Shown: in pieces, positions 24,250 through 36,873 of the stretch
Numbering within the stretch: position 1 is the stretch's first letter
How the letters are laid out: every line of letters begins with the position of its first letter
Assembly (NCBI GenBank): GCA_054600435.1
Contig: BAAIJX010000059.1
Location: 62,001 to 126,000 of the forward strand
Reading direction: 5' to 3'
From: Neophaeotheca triangularis
Lineage: Eukaryota
DNA length: 64,000 bases
Translations under genes and position numbers: made by a program
The notes under the pieces: model-generated
Databases searched by the model: none
The model's input: the letters and a program-made list of their open reading frames with translations, nothing else
Told to the model about the DNA's origin: nothing

Positions 24250-25900
24250 TAGACGCACGTGCTGAGAAGACCGCTTGAGCTGATGGTGGAGGATGGCAAA
24301 GGTGGAAGAACAGGTTGAGCCAGAAGATAGCTGTATACTACTCAACTAGAGGCACGTGTCGAAGATTGTTCAGACCGGAAACCGCAAGAGCCGGTGGAGC
24401 CCGAGAAGGATAGTGGAATATGCCTAACCCGAAGTTGACTTTGCTCGAAAGGGCCGGTCGTGGAGGATAAGAAAGGTAAAGAAATAAATCAGACCAGATG
24501 CCAGTTTTATCCTGCTTCTTTGGAGGCACGTGTGTCGGGGATCGGTGACGCCGGGGTCCTTGGGGCTATTGGTGAAGGTTGACAAAGGTAGAAGATCAGC
24601 TTGGACTCGGAGCCACCTTTTATACCTCTTAGTCTGGAGGCATATGTCAATGGAGGTTCGGGTCGAATCCCGTTCGGGCCGAGAACCGCACGGGCCGATG
24701 TTGGAGAATGAGAAAGGTAGAACAACAGGTTGGACTTGGAGCCAACTTTTATCCCACTCGACCTAGAGTTATGTGTGAATGGAGGCACGTGTCGAAGATC
24801 GTTAGGGCCGGGGACCGTAAGGGTCGATGTTGGAGAATGAGGAAAGTAGAAGAATGGCTTGGATTCGGAACCAGCTTCTGTTCTTGTGCCGAAGATCGTT
24901 CAAGCTAGGGTTCGCGAGAGCCGGTGGTAAAGTGTGAGGAAGCCGGAAAGATAGTTGGACTCGGAGCCAGTTCTTTTCTTGCTTCTCAGGATGCACGTGC
25001 CGGGGATCGCTCAAGCCGGGATCTTTGAGGGCTAGTGGTGTAGGATGAGAAAGGCAGAGGAATTGGCTGGACTTAGAGCCGGTTTTCTTTCTGCTTTGCC
25101 GGAGGCACGTGTCGAAGATAGTTCAGGGGCGGATCGTAAGGGCTGCTGATGTAGATTAAGAAATGTAGAGGAAGTCGTTGGACTTCGAGACGGCTTTCGT
25201 TCTGCTTTCCCGGAGGTACGAGTCGACAATCGTTCTTACAGAGGATCGTAAGATTTGATGATGTAGGACGAGAAAGGTCGAAGAATTGCTTGGTGTCGAA
25301 GCTAGTGAAACCTTCAGCTTTTTGTGAAGCACTTGTTGAAGATGTTTAGACGTGATCAAAAGACTTGACCGTGGAGGCCAAGGGCAGATAATGAGAAAAA
25401 TAGAGGCCTAGGTTAGACCGGATGCTGGCTCTCATCCAGATATTCTCAAAGAATGTGTCGAAGGCTGTCCAACGTGATCAGAGGCGGTAACCGTTAAAGC
25501 TGGTAGTGTAGGAAAAGAAGGGTCAAGAAATCAGTTCGACTGGAAGCCGACTTCTTAGTTTTCCAGAAGCACGTGTCGAAGATCGCTGACTGTAATCAGG
25601 GGCTGGGGCCGTCAAAGTCGGTGGTGGAAGATGAGAAAGGTCGAGAAATCAGTTCGACCAGAAGCCAGCTTATATGTTGCTTGTCAGAGGTAAGTGTCGA
25701 AGACCACTGAACGTAATCGGGAGCGCGGGCCGTCAAAGCTAGTGGTGGAGGGTGGAAAAGGGTGTCGGTCCGGCCAGAAGGCAGCTTGTATACTAGTTCT
25801 TTAGGGGCACGCGTCGAAATACCCCTGGCGTGACCGAGGGCAGGGATTGTGAAAGCTAGCAGTTGAGGTTGGGAGGAGGTAAAGCACTGAATAGATATGA
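24250..25900. repeat. Degenerate tandem array, about 13-15 units of roughly 100-145 bp (mostly 111-122 bp)
   Basis: Recurrent core GGAGGCACGTGTCGAAGATCG, with core hexamers at 24256, 24353, 24527, 24641, 24786, 24994, 25106, 25217, 25330, 25452, 25570, 25691 and 25808. Most units also carry GATGAGAAAGGTAGAA...TTGGACTCGGAGCCAG..TTTT. Confidence 0.85.
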
Positions 25901-28900
25901 ATCGCGGCGTATTTCTGCTCCTACGGGAATGTGGTGAACAATCGTCAATGTGTCCGATGATGATGGTTTGTTTGTTCGTGGTAGATGCTGGAAAAGACAG
26001 GGAGATGGATCGATGCCGAATCCAGCTAAAGCTTTTGTCCAGCTCCTCCGATTGAAGCCGTGAGACTCGTAGTCTCTGAAGAACGAGGCTGTAAGAGACT
26101 CGAAAAGAGATTTGGGAAGGTAGACGAATTGCTCACACCGAGATACCAGCCTTTTGCTCTCGCGTACGGACAAGCTTCGACGACTTGAAGCTGGTGTTGT
26201 CGGAGCGTGAGATCTCGTTCCTATCTCAGAGCGTATCAGGCATTCAAGTATGGCCCAACTGGCTTGAGATCCAGTAGGTGCTTCTTCCGACCGTTGTTGG
26301 CCAATTTGGAGAATGAGTGGGAACTCGATGATCTTCGAGATCAGGTCTCGACTTTATTCTGCAGTAGGACGTACCCTAGCCCGGTTGGCTGCGGCAGGTG
26401 GGTGATAGGAGCAAGAGATGCACCCTAGATTTGGAGGTCCCACACAATCAGGTATCACGAATGCACCTTCTGATGCTGCTGGGTCCCAACCTGTGTTGCA
26501 CAGAGATGCCGAAGCCCACTTAAGCGCAATCAAGGTGGTCGGGAAAAAGAATGTCGATATATTTCCAGTGGAGGTCAAAGAATATAGAAAAGAGTTTGGC
26601 TTCCTCGAGGTCAGCTTTTTCAGCCGGCAATGTATCACAATTGACGTTTTCGGGTTCGAGACGCCTTGGAAGTTGAAGATGTCGCGGAACAGCTAACCAG
26701 CTTCGAGAGGGGTCTAAAACCACGTGCAAACGCCTGAATCCAGGGGATTTAGTCTCAGGGGCAGCGGCTTAGGCCATAGTAACCGATTCGTGCTTTCGGA
26801 GCAGCCGGATCCGAGTTTCGATGTTGTTGTGGTGGTGAGAGGAGGAAAGAAGGAGGATGGCGCCTCGAAGCAAGATAGGTAGACTCCTAGCAGCGTGTCC
26901 GGCACTTGTCGAGTGGTATATTGGAGACACTGGGACCACCAATGGCGCCTTATCGCAGCTGACTGTAGATAGGCAATACCTTTGTGGTTCGGAAGTCGAG
27001 AGGGTTGAGGTCGTTTTTGAGAGAACTCAAGGAATTTGTGACCCTTGAAAGCCAGGTGGCCAACTTCGCCACGTCTTAAGAAGCACGTGTCAATGGTGGT
27101 GGCTGAAGTCCAAAGTTACAGTCAACGAGGATTGATTTCTTGAAGGGCATTGAGCGACTCTCGCGAACTCTGCACTTAGATGTTGATGTCGCTAGGAGAG
27201 GAATTGAGAGAAGGAGGTGGCCTTGTCAAATGCCGAAGCCAGCTGGTCAGCTTCTATTGCGGTCTGCTCATCGCACGTGTCAGCGCTGCTTCGATCTATT
27301 CGGCGCAGATGGTGAGAGAATGAGTTAACCATTCACGATCTAAGCAGCTTTTGTCAGACCCAGCTCCGTCTGCCCGGCGGGTTCAGATACCCGCTAATTA
27401 AAAGGGGCGAGGAAGGGGTAGCTTTCCCTTGAGCTTGCTACAGTCTTTCTCCTCGACGAGAGAAATTGGCTCCGAGACTGCCTTGATTGATGTGTCAAAG
27501 GAGTCAGAGGAAGCTTGGTCGCAGGTCGAATGTCGGGCCGCCGATTGCTTCAGGCAGCCAGGTTGGAATCCGTCCGGACTCCCGAAGGAACAATTAATTG
27601 ACGCAAAGTGGCAGAGACGAGCGGCAGCCTCGTGCAACAGCCTAACCGTCTCCGGAAGGGCTCGGATACCGAATTCCACGTGCCAGCAATAGTCGAAGTC
27701 CAAGAGAGTCGACCAGAAGACGACCTTGATGTGACTACAGAGATCGACCTTGTATCGATATGAGGTAGAGTAGTAGTCTTGTCCAGCTAGATGTTTGGTT
27801 TCAGCAGGGTGTCCCTAGGGAGATGCCGTCTTTACTGTTCTTGTTGTTGTGGCAAGAGAAGTCGGAGGAGGCCAGCCAGCAGGACTCGTGCTCTTATAGC
27901 GTCAAAACAGAAGCCGCGCATGTGAAAGCATGTGATTGCAGAAGCCGAATGCTCGTGATCCAAGTTCGCCGGGGCAGGAAAATAGCAACAGCTTCGGCTA
28001 GCTTTCGTCATCCAGCCCGGTAAATACTGTCGTGTTTAGTGGACAAGTAAATTAGGGAGCAGAAGTGATGGCTTTCGTGCCTTACGTAGGAAAATTTTCG
28101 CCCCGGGAGCTGTACTCGTTGTGATGAGGGGGCCGAGAAGTCCGAATGGGGCGAAACCGGATTGAACAGCTGGGTTATTGCATGTTCCTGCCCGTTTCTC
28201 GTTGGTCCGGTCTAGAGGTTGTCCAGAGCTGGAGTTGACAGCCTAGCAACAGCGATGTATGCGGCCTTTAGTAACCCAGGCTTTACGGTGCTTTCACAAG
28301 CTTGTGACCTCGGAATCCGATGCAGGTCGGAACCTGCAACTTTCAGGGATTCTGATGCACCATTTTTTCGGAATGCCGCAAAGTAGAGAACGCCTGATCG
28401 AGCATATTGGTAGTGAATCTTATGGCGTCGTGCACTCCAGTTGTTGGCCGATTTCGAATGAACCTCTGGCAGGTGTGAGCTTGGAAGAATAGAGCTCTCC
28501 GGTGTGGAAAATTATGAGATGCAAAACAATCTCTAAATCTGTAGCGCTGGTGCATACGCGCCGTCAATCACCATTCGCTGCGAACGTTGGACAGCATAAA
28601 GGAGAAGTCAACAAGATGAGAGAGGGACGGTGGCAAAGCAAATATCAAGCTCTGGTTAATTCTGGCCAAGAATCTGACAGATGAACATCAAGTCGGCCGA
28701 AGTTCAGCATCGAGACTGTGATACTTGCCGCGCCCTGGCTTCCCCACGCGTGGAACCTTCACTTGTGCCAGAGTACGCCTACCTCAAGGTCTTTGTTGCC
28801 CAATACGCTCAACTACATCCATGTGTTCCACCAAAGGTCGCTCGAAGTATCAACGAAGCATTTGTGACAGGGAAATTGGAGGTTGCGAGCTCGCCGGGCC

Positions 28901-29308
28901 ACCAGTAAGGTCGTTTTCGTGAATTGGCGGAAGCCCGTGTTATTCACACATCATCTTGGACATGGAAAAGCAATCAGTGATTGCATGAAGGAGGTCAAGT
29001 GAATGATTAGTAAGCCTAGGTAGGTGAAAGGTCCACGTGGAGAGAAGGTTATGGAGAGAACCTTGGAAGGTTTTGGCTTGACGGTGCTTCGGCATTTGAG
29101 CAAGTGTCACTCCCGTCTCGGCTCGTGTCACAGACCTTCGGCATATCACATCCTGTGCTCCTGACTTGCGGGGCTTTACCCACCCTCTGTATGGATTATA
29201 TCATGCAAACGTGGAACTCAGATGCCAGAATGACTTCAACCATTCATCCTCGCTCAGTGATATTTCTGCACTCAACCGCAGGGAAAGACCACACCTCGAC
29301 ACATAACC

Positions 29309-30538
29309 ATGTCCCAGACCGGCACCACATCAGCTGCCCCTCCCGCGCAGCGAGCCGAACAACATGGGCAGGATAGACCAGTAACCTTGACGGCGCAAGG
29401 AGGCGACCGCACCGAACCGAACCATGGCTCCTCCGTCTTGGACAAGGAGGCCATGGGCGAGCAAACCGAGTCCATGACTTCCTGGCAAAAGCGCAACGAC
29501 ATCGATCCATCGAAACAGATCAAGCTCGTCCAGCTCGCACACATGCGGTATCAGCACCCCGACCTCGAGTTAGCGACAAAGTTCTTCCAAGACTTTGGCA
29601 TGCACGTCGTCAATCGTACAGACGACAAGATCTGGTACCGCGGCTACGGCAAAGACCAATACGTCTACTTTGCGCAGAAAGGCGAGAGGAAGTTCCTCGG
29701 CGGCACGTATGAAGTTGAGAGCATGGCGGAGTTGGAGCGAGCAGCGCAGTTGGAGGGTGCAGGCAAGATTGAAGAGATGAGCGATGCGCCGGGAGGGGGT
29801 CACATTCTCACTTTGACGGATCCCGAGGGCTTCCCAGTGAACTTGATGTACGGCCAACAGCCTGCGCCAGTGGGCGAGCTGCCTGAGAAGATTGTCTACA
29901 ACGACGAGACCAACAAACCGCGAGTGCGTCGCTTCAACCGCTTCACGCCCGGTCCAGCGGCGGTGCACAAGCTCGGCCACTACGGACTGTGTGTGCAGCA
30001 ATTCGACAAGATGGTAAAGTGGTACACGTCGACTTTCAATCTGGTGCCGACAGATTTCATGTACGTGCCAACCGGTGAGAACGGCCAGACCAAAGACGTG
30101 GCGATGTTTGCGCACATCGATCGAGGCGACGACCCCGTCGATCATCACACCTTTTTCATGAACACAAATCCTACGAGCCATGTGCACCACGCGAGTTTCG
30201 AGGTTCACGATTATGATACGCAGCATTTGGGCCATCAGTGGTTGGGGAAGCAGGGGTACAAGTCTGTGTGGGGCATTGGGAGACATATTCTGGGGTCGCA
30301 GTAAGTCTTGTCTCTGTCCCCTGCTGAGTTCTGATGGACAACGCAATTGTTTGAGAGAGCGTTCGCTAACGATTTTAACAGAATTTTCGACTACTGGTGG
30401 GATGTTCACGGCAACATGATTGAGCACTACGCCGACGGGGACTTGGTCAACAAGGATACACCCATCGGATGGGGTGAGGCCGGCGATGAGGGTCTGGCTG
30501 TCTGGGGGCCTGAAGTGCCCAAGACGTTCTTAGATTAG
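29309..30538 (+). CDS. VOC/glyoxalase-fold extradiol ring-cleavage dioxygenase (trihydroxytoluene oxygenase-like); intron 30301-30381
   Basis: LAHMRYQHPDL, DPEGFPVNL, metal ligands KLGHYGL / HVHHASFEV / IEHYADGDLVN, and WGIGRHILGSQ|IFDYWWD. Confidence 0.88.
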
Positions 30539-31162
30539 ATATATGCCTCGAATGTAAATAGCTCAGGCGGTATCATGATGAGCACAGTCAATCGAAAAGG
30601 GTAATCAAACTCCAAATTACAAGCGTACACCTTCTCTACTCAGGCTTGAGAGAACACAACCACCTTACGACCCCGAGATTCCCGTCACGTAAGTTAGACT
30701 ACTGACCGCACTAATAAGTCTACAAGTATACAGCAATATACAAGCAAGCACCGATGTCCTCCATCGCTCGATCCCAGCCCGGTATAATAAGCGCGAGCAT
30801 CGTCACGCCATCCACACCTCAAGCACCACGTGCGCGCCCAACTCCGCTTTGCTCACCAAGCCGCAGGCAAAACATTTCCTAGCTGGGTAAGGTAGTAAGC
30901 TACCGAGCTACTTGAGCAACCTACCGCAGGCCGTGCTTGCTACAATCACATCACTGCACATGATGCAGAGTAATCTGACGATTTGTGTACCTAGTAAGCC
31001 ATGCAAAGGTATAGAAAGTACATAAAACACCGCACCTCCCCTCCACCAAACTCTCCCCTTTCCACACCAAAAGCTCTCGACACTCCACACGAAAACACTC
31101 CACGTAGCAGACAGACACACACAGACAGACAACCAAACCCCAAAGTCCCACCAAAACAAACC

Positions 31163-31369
31163 ATGCCCCCCTCCTTCTCATCCATCCTCTCGCTCTGGGC
31201 AAGCTGCCCCCAATCGAGCCAAACAACCCTCGTCCCAGCTCCTCCGCGTTCGAAACCCAGCTCGTCGCAACCCGGCAGTCCCCGAGGTTCGCTCAGCGCC
31301 TCGCCGGCATCGAGTGCGGCGGGCACGCCTGTTTCGGAATCGGGTAGGGTTGGTGGCGGCCTGCTTTGA
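31163..31369 (+). CDS. Possible small Ser/Pro-rich hypothetical protein
   Basis: ATG in a good fungal context (caaaccATG) after a CA-rich leader. No recognisable domain. Confidence 0.25.
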   Translation: MPPSFSSILSLWASCPQSSQTTLVPAPPRSKPSSSQPGSPRGSLSASPASSAAGTPVSESGRVGGGLL

Positions 31370-32237
31370 GAAGGTCTCGGGCGTCTTTCCGGACTGCGAA
31401 GGGATCGAGAAAGAACAAAAAGCCATCGAGTTGACTCGAGGCGGTTTTCAATGTTCGGGCGCGGCGGCGGGTCGCTTGTCGCGCGCCTGGTTGTGAGGGC
31501 GCGTGGTTGCTGGAAGCTGGACTCCGCACTCTCCTGTCGATGGACACGCCGGATCGCCTCACGCGGCAGTGACTACAAGGCCGTACTGACGCCGGGTGCC
31601 GTCGTGAAAAAACTTTGAGCTTAAACCTCCTAATGGGAATCGCCGGCGCTATACATCTACTTCAGTATCCCATCTCCCTATCGGCACCGTGGAGCTCAGC
31701 AGAATGTAGTACCCCTGCGCCAACCATTGCCCGCGTCACGCCACGGGCTAAACGATGTGGACAGGGCAAAGGTCATTGAGGCTGTCTATCGTTCGCTTGC
31801 GCCAACGAGTTGAGGCTCGCGGTCAGGGCTGTCAGGGTGGTGAAGTTTGAGGCAAGGAAGGGAACGACGTCGATAATGCTCTGGGGCCCGGTAGTCGGCA
31901 GTTACGGGGCAGTGCTTCGAGCATGGGAGTGACTGGAGAGGTGGTATGTCATGGAATCGAGCGTATTGTGAACGGGCATGGCTCGGGGGTAGAAAGGGCT
32001 TTAGTGCAAGCACGCCCTGGTCAATGGCTGTTTTAGAGAACTGGGCTTGCAGAGGGCTTGACATGCAGCGCGTGTAGTAGTCGCGGCAGAAGTCTATTTC
32101 GCTGTATCTACAGTCCAAGATCTAACTATCGTTTTTTGTCCTTCTCCCCAAATCATCATATCGTAACATCATCAGCTCTATCTGAAGGAAAGAAAAATGT
32201 CGCTTTGCCGCGCAAAAAGAAAGGTCGATCTTCTCCA

Positions 32238-33710
32238 TCAATACCGGCAAAGCCCCCCCTGACTGTCCTCCGCCCCCCAAACCCCGGCCAATCCCTGCTC
32301 TTTCTCCTCAGCCGGCGCCAAAGCTTCCACACCCGAACCGCTAGGCAACTTCAACATCAAACGCCTCGCCCAAGCATCGACAGCGGGCTCGCCAGTCTCA
32401 TCCCTGGCCTGTCTGAGGAACGGAATCAAACTCGTGCCACCTGTCCCCTTCAACCCTTCCTTCTTACCATCCCCCCCGTCCTTGCCCTTGGGCCGACTAG
32501 CGAGATTGATCTTTTCAACCTTCTTACCTTCCTTCTTCTCCTCCGTCGCCGCCGCTTTCTTCGCTTGCTGCGATTTGACGATGATGTACCTGCTCACGAT
32601 TTGAATATGCTTGTCGCGGAAAGCCGACAGCATCGCCAGACAGGCGTCAAAAGATAGCGAGAGCTCGCGGTCCCAGCGGTGCTGTTGCACGAAAGAGCGG
32701 ATGTTGGCGACGCGGGCGACGGCGCCGAGGAAGCGGGCGTGCGCGCCGGGCATGTAGGTACGCATGTCGTGGATGAAGTTGGTGCTCGGGGGGCCCGAGG
32801 GAGGGCCTTTGGGCTTTTCTTGGTCGGCGTTGCTGGGTGCTTTGGTGCCGGTTGGGCGGTGCTCGACCGAGAGCGCGATGTCGAAGAATTGGATTAGGCT
32901 GCTTTGGGCGTTGCTGCCGCCGGAGTATTGCACGTATTTTTGCTTGTTGATGGGACCGCCGTTATCGAAGATGACGCCGTTCGGGAGCCCGGCGTCGGCC
33001 ATGTTTTTGCTGCCGGCGAGGTAGGGGCGCAGACGGTGATAGAAAACGTGCGGGTCGCAGTTTTCGTACATTTTGCCAAGGATGGCGGTTAGATCGTCTA
33101 GCCTTTCCGCGAAGGAGCGGAGGTTGGCGGTCACGAGAGCGCGGTTACCGTTGCGAGCGGCGGAAATGGCTTCGAGCATGAGAGGGATGATTGGGGCGCC
33201 ACGTGCTTCAATGGCGACGGAAATGAGGTAGAACCACTTCTCGTCCAATGAGCCAGTGAAGGTGTCGATCATGTCGAGGTTGGCAAGAGTGTCCATCGGT
33301 TCTTCGGGGAAAATGGGTTTCCAATTCCAGAGAACGAGGCCGGAGTATGTGGCCACGGGTGGTAAATCGAGGTGCTTGCATGTGGCGAGGAAGGGAATGC
33401 TGATTGTAGGGGGCACTCTCTCTTTAGGCTTGTCGCCGCCCCAGATGTATGCATGGGCAATGAAGGCGAGGACGCTGTACGCTCGACGCCATTGCCCCTC
33501 GTCTTGCAGTCTGTCCGTAGTCAAGATATCGAGATCCTCGACTACACCTCGCAATCTCTTGCTCAAGATCAAGCCCTGCAAGTTCTTGACGACATACTCC
33601 CACGGCTCGTAGTAGGCATCGGGGAGGCTCTGTAGAGGTGGGGAGGTTGGGAGGAAGGCATTCGTGGGAGAGACATCGAAGTCCTCCGGGTCCGGGATGG
33701 ATGGAATCAT
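32238..33710 (-). CDS. BNA2: Indoleamine 2,3-dioxygenase
   Basis: LAFIAHAYIWG, LPPVATYSGLVLWN, FTGSLDEKWFYLIS, FYHRLRPYLAG, GGSNAQSS, MRTYMP, heme-ligand His in FRDKHIQIVSRYI, GTGGT. Confidence 0.95.
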   Translation of the reverse strand: MIPSIPDPEDFDVSPTNAFLPTSPPLQSLPDAYYEPWEYVVKNLQGLILSKRLRGVVEDLDILTTDRLQDEGQWRRAYSVLAFIAHAYIWGGDKPKERVPPTISIPFLATCKHLDLPPVATYSGLVLWNWKPIFPEEPMDTLANLDMIDTFTGSLDEKWFYLISVAIEARGAPIIPLMLEAISAARNGNRALVTANLRSFAERLDDLTAILGKMYENCDPHVFYHRLRPYLAGSKNMADAGLPNGVIFDNGGPINKQKYVQYSGGSNAQSSLIQFFDIALSVEHRPTGTKAPSNADQEKPKGPPSGPPSTNFIHDMRTYMPGAHARFLGAVARVANIRSFVQQHRWDRELSLSFDACLAMLSAFRDKHIQIVSRYIIVKSQQAKKAAATEEKKEGKKVEKINLASRPKGKDGGDGKKEGLKGTGGTSLIPFLRQARDETGEPAVDAWARRLMLKLPSGSGVEALAPAEEKEQGLAGVWGAEDSQGGLCRY

Positions 33711-34672
33711 TTTATCGAGGAAAAAGAAACCAGACGCAGGCTTGCGACGTGGCGACCGTGGGGTCTCGTAACCGACGCTGCAAGCCCAGCCGTACGTGTC
33801 AAACTAAGTTGGTGATATCTTCAGCGCAGTTGACGAGGGCGAGGTGTATTTGTAGTCGCGTGGTCAATCAAATCGAAGGGTAAAAGCGCTGGGTAGTAGA
33901 CGTCCAATGTGGAAGGTCTCAATTGCTTGAATAAGGTAGGTAGAAACGGGTGAATGTATGATGTAGCCGAGTGAATCGAAAGTCGTAGTCTATGACCTCG
34001 GAAGCGGGAAGTCGTAACTCAGGTAAAGGCAGGTTTCGGGTTCTCGACGAACGATGCAAGAGAAGCTGTGTCGATTGTTAAGAAATGTCGTTGACTTCTT
34101 CCGGGACTCGCTTCTGCTGCTAGGAGGTATGTTTTAGCTGGCCGTTGTCTCTGGTTCGTCCGAGTGCCGAGAGTTCGAGACCCTGCTCAGTCAGCCAGGC
34201 CAGCCAGCCAGCTAGGGATTAATTTGATTGCGATGTCGGAGATGGCGGGATGGAGAGACGTCAGGATCTGAACGGCGTGTCACGTGCGAGAGACAAAGCC
34301 ACTACGGGAAGACATCCGTGAATTCATACTCGTGCCTTTGACCTCTGTTAAAACCGGGTGTTTTGTTAGATGTCTTTTTGTTCAAAAGATTCGAGCTTTA
34401 CTAGGTAGTATGCAATTAAACAATTTTTAAAGCCTCATAGAACATAACAAAAAGGGCAAGAAAGGGGTGACGGGAACAAACGTAGGGAAACCAAAAGCTA
34501 TCATTTGATAAATCATATTAAAATCTATCTATATAAAAGAAAAGCCTATCAAACTAAAGTGTTAAGTTCCACTACTTATTCAGCAGGCAAAAATGCCTAG
34601 GTACCCCTGCGATATCGTTCAAAAAAAAAAGATTATGCATTCTTTGTTGAGAAGGCAAAAAGAAAAGTTATA

Positions 34673-34793
34673 TGATAACGGAGGGATTCGAACCCTCGCG
34701 GGCAAAGCCCATGAGAAAACATCTGACTTTGTCAGACAAGCGCAGCTGTCGCCTAGCTTGAGTCACACACCATAACCACTCGGTCACGTTACC
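34673..34793 (-). tRNA. tRNA with CAA anticodon (tRNA-Leu), type II long variable arm, intron about 34718-34756
   Basis: Minus strand reads GGTAACG TG ACC GAGTGGTTAT GGT G TGTGA CT-CAA-G [intron] T TCTCA TGGGCTTTGCCCGC GAGGG TTCGAAT CCCTC CGTTATC A. A and B boxes are present, followed by a T-run Pol III terminator. Confidence 0.9.
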
Positions 34794-36873
34794 TGATGCA
34801 GCAAAATTACGGATTATCGTTTATAATACAAGTCAAAATCGAGGTGCACGCTTGCCATCTCGAAACTGCGATCTCGCATGTTCAACATCGCATTCCAAAG
34901 GGCGAATTACAAAGCACGCTCTTATCTCCGACGAGCTGTTCACGTCCACCAAGTGCTTGCCGGAGATTTGGGGTACTGTTGCGCAAAAGCATCTTGCCTG
35001 CGACGCTGAGACTCGGATGGGATGTTTCGAGCCAAAAGCATTTCATGACTACCGCTGTGCGCAAAAGCCTCGGCATAGCCCATGGGTGGTGCTAGGAGGT
35101 TGACGGATCGGTAACAAGTCAACCTGACTCTACGGATCGCTCTCTCTCTCTCTCCGCAAATGAAAACCGAGGAAACGCAACAGCCTGCAGACCTCATGCC
35201 AATGTGATGATTATCAAACCTGAAAACGCTCATGTGAAATCCCTCAACCCAGCAAGGACCCGAGTCGCCTCAGCACAAAGGCTCAATAAGCATTGTTGGC
35301 GATCTTGCCCCATGCTGCCTTGCACGTAGCGTTGTGGTACAAGTGGGAAAACCAGAAAAACATGATAACGGCTTCTTTGGTGGGCCTGCGGCTTCGTTGG
35401 TATTGACCGAATGAAACCAACTAAAGACCAAAACTTGCCTCCAAGTCATAGATCATCTGGTAGAGGTAGTCGTACGCCCAGCCACGGTTGGTAGAGACGA
35501 AGGATCGGACCGCACGCATCCCCACTCTTGTGTCGCGAGTGCCAACCGACTTGATAGCCCGAGTCACCTTGTCCGTGACCTGGGAGGGACTAGGCAGAGT
35601 CAAGGAGGTCAGTCTTCTTTCGCGCACAACAACTTGAAGTTGTTGATGAGCCCCGGAGTACGCTCTTCATCAAGGACGAGACGCTGTGAGTGCTTGAATG
35701 AGACCAGAGCCACCTCGAAGGCGCCGGTCCATTGCGCAAGTTGGTCGGACGACTTTGCTGCAGCAGAATCATTTGCCCACTTCTTGTAGCAATCAACGAC
35801 TTGGGATTGGAGTCTGTTGTACTCATCTGTGCCGAGTGTGTCAATAGCTCCTGGAAATAGTCCGCTCCGGCCTGCCGTGACAGGGCCGCTGTCGTTCGCT
35901 CATGCTGGCTGTGGGATGGAATCTGTGCTCGGTTGTAGATGGGTAGCCAAGTTGGTACGGCTAATCGATAGATAGAAGGCTAGTGACACTGAACTTATTC
36001 TTCTCTCCAGGAAGTTGCCCGATCTTTGGCGCTAAGAGCTATGGTTAGTATACTATGCAAGGCCCCGTCAGTAGAGACAAAGACCTTCCACATTCGCGTT
36101 TCATAGACGTCCTCTGCCGCACATAGATACCCGTTACTCGCCCGGAAGCCGGACAAAAGCGCCTGTTGGAGCTGCTCAAAGGGGTTGAAGATAGACTCTC
36201 AAGTTGGGCAAACGACACCGTTGGATGACATAGCTTATACAACTTTCTATATGCAGATTTCCTGGAATCTTTGCGGCTTTCTGCATGATTCAACGCACGC
36301 TGCAAACAGCAAATAACCCCATGGCTTCATTAATGTAAGCCTGGAACCCCTATTGCAGAGACAGCTCGTTTAGCGTGGCGCCATTGAACATACTCAGTGC
36401 CTCCAGATCGTTCGAGCACTGGGACGAGGCTACTGCGTGCCGTCATCTCTCAAGTCAATGTAAAGGTGCAGAAAGTGCTATCCAACTCTCGCTGGGCCCG
36501 GAGGATCCCATTAGAATGTTCACATCAGATACGGTGATTGAAGCCAATTTGATTCAAACTTCAGAGGTACTATAGCAGCAGGGTTACTGCTTACATTCGT
36601 CAGACTACGTAAGAGCTTGATCGCTCGAACCGTGGTTACCATAACTCGCCACCGGCATTCTCTCGAGATAACCCCATAACGCCGTAAACATCACATCGGC
36701 AGTCGAAGTGCATTGCCATATCAGCGGTGCATTTTTTGCCAAACGCCTTCGCTATCGTGAAAGATGCCGTGATGATCCATCCCGTACGCTCAGATGCAGC
36801 AGCAAGGGTATCATGCATGCTGAGCACAAACGCCGTGATCCCCTTAACGTTACTCAAGAAAGCCAGCAAACTC

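Noticed and set aside
24250..25900. CRISPR-like appearance of the array
   Set aside because: The sequences between cores are homologous to each other, the cores are degenerate, there are no cas genes, and the host is a fungus.
35421..35900. Protein-like minus-strand frames (…DEYNRLQSQVVDCYKKW…, …WAYDYLYQMIYDLE…)
   Set aside because: I could not build a start codon or consistent splice model. It may be a small gene or pseudogene, but support is insufficient.
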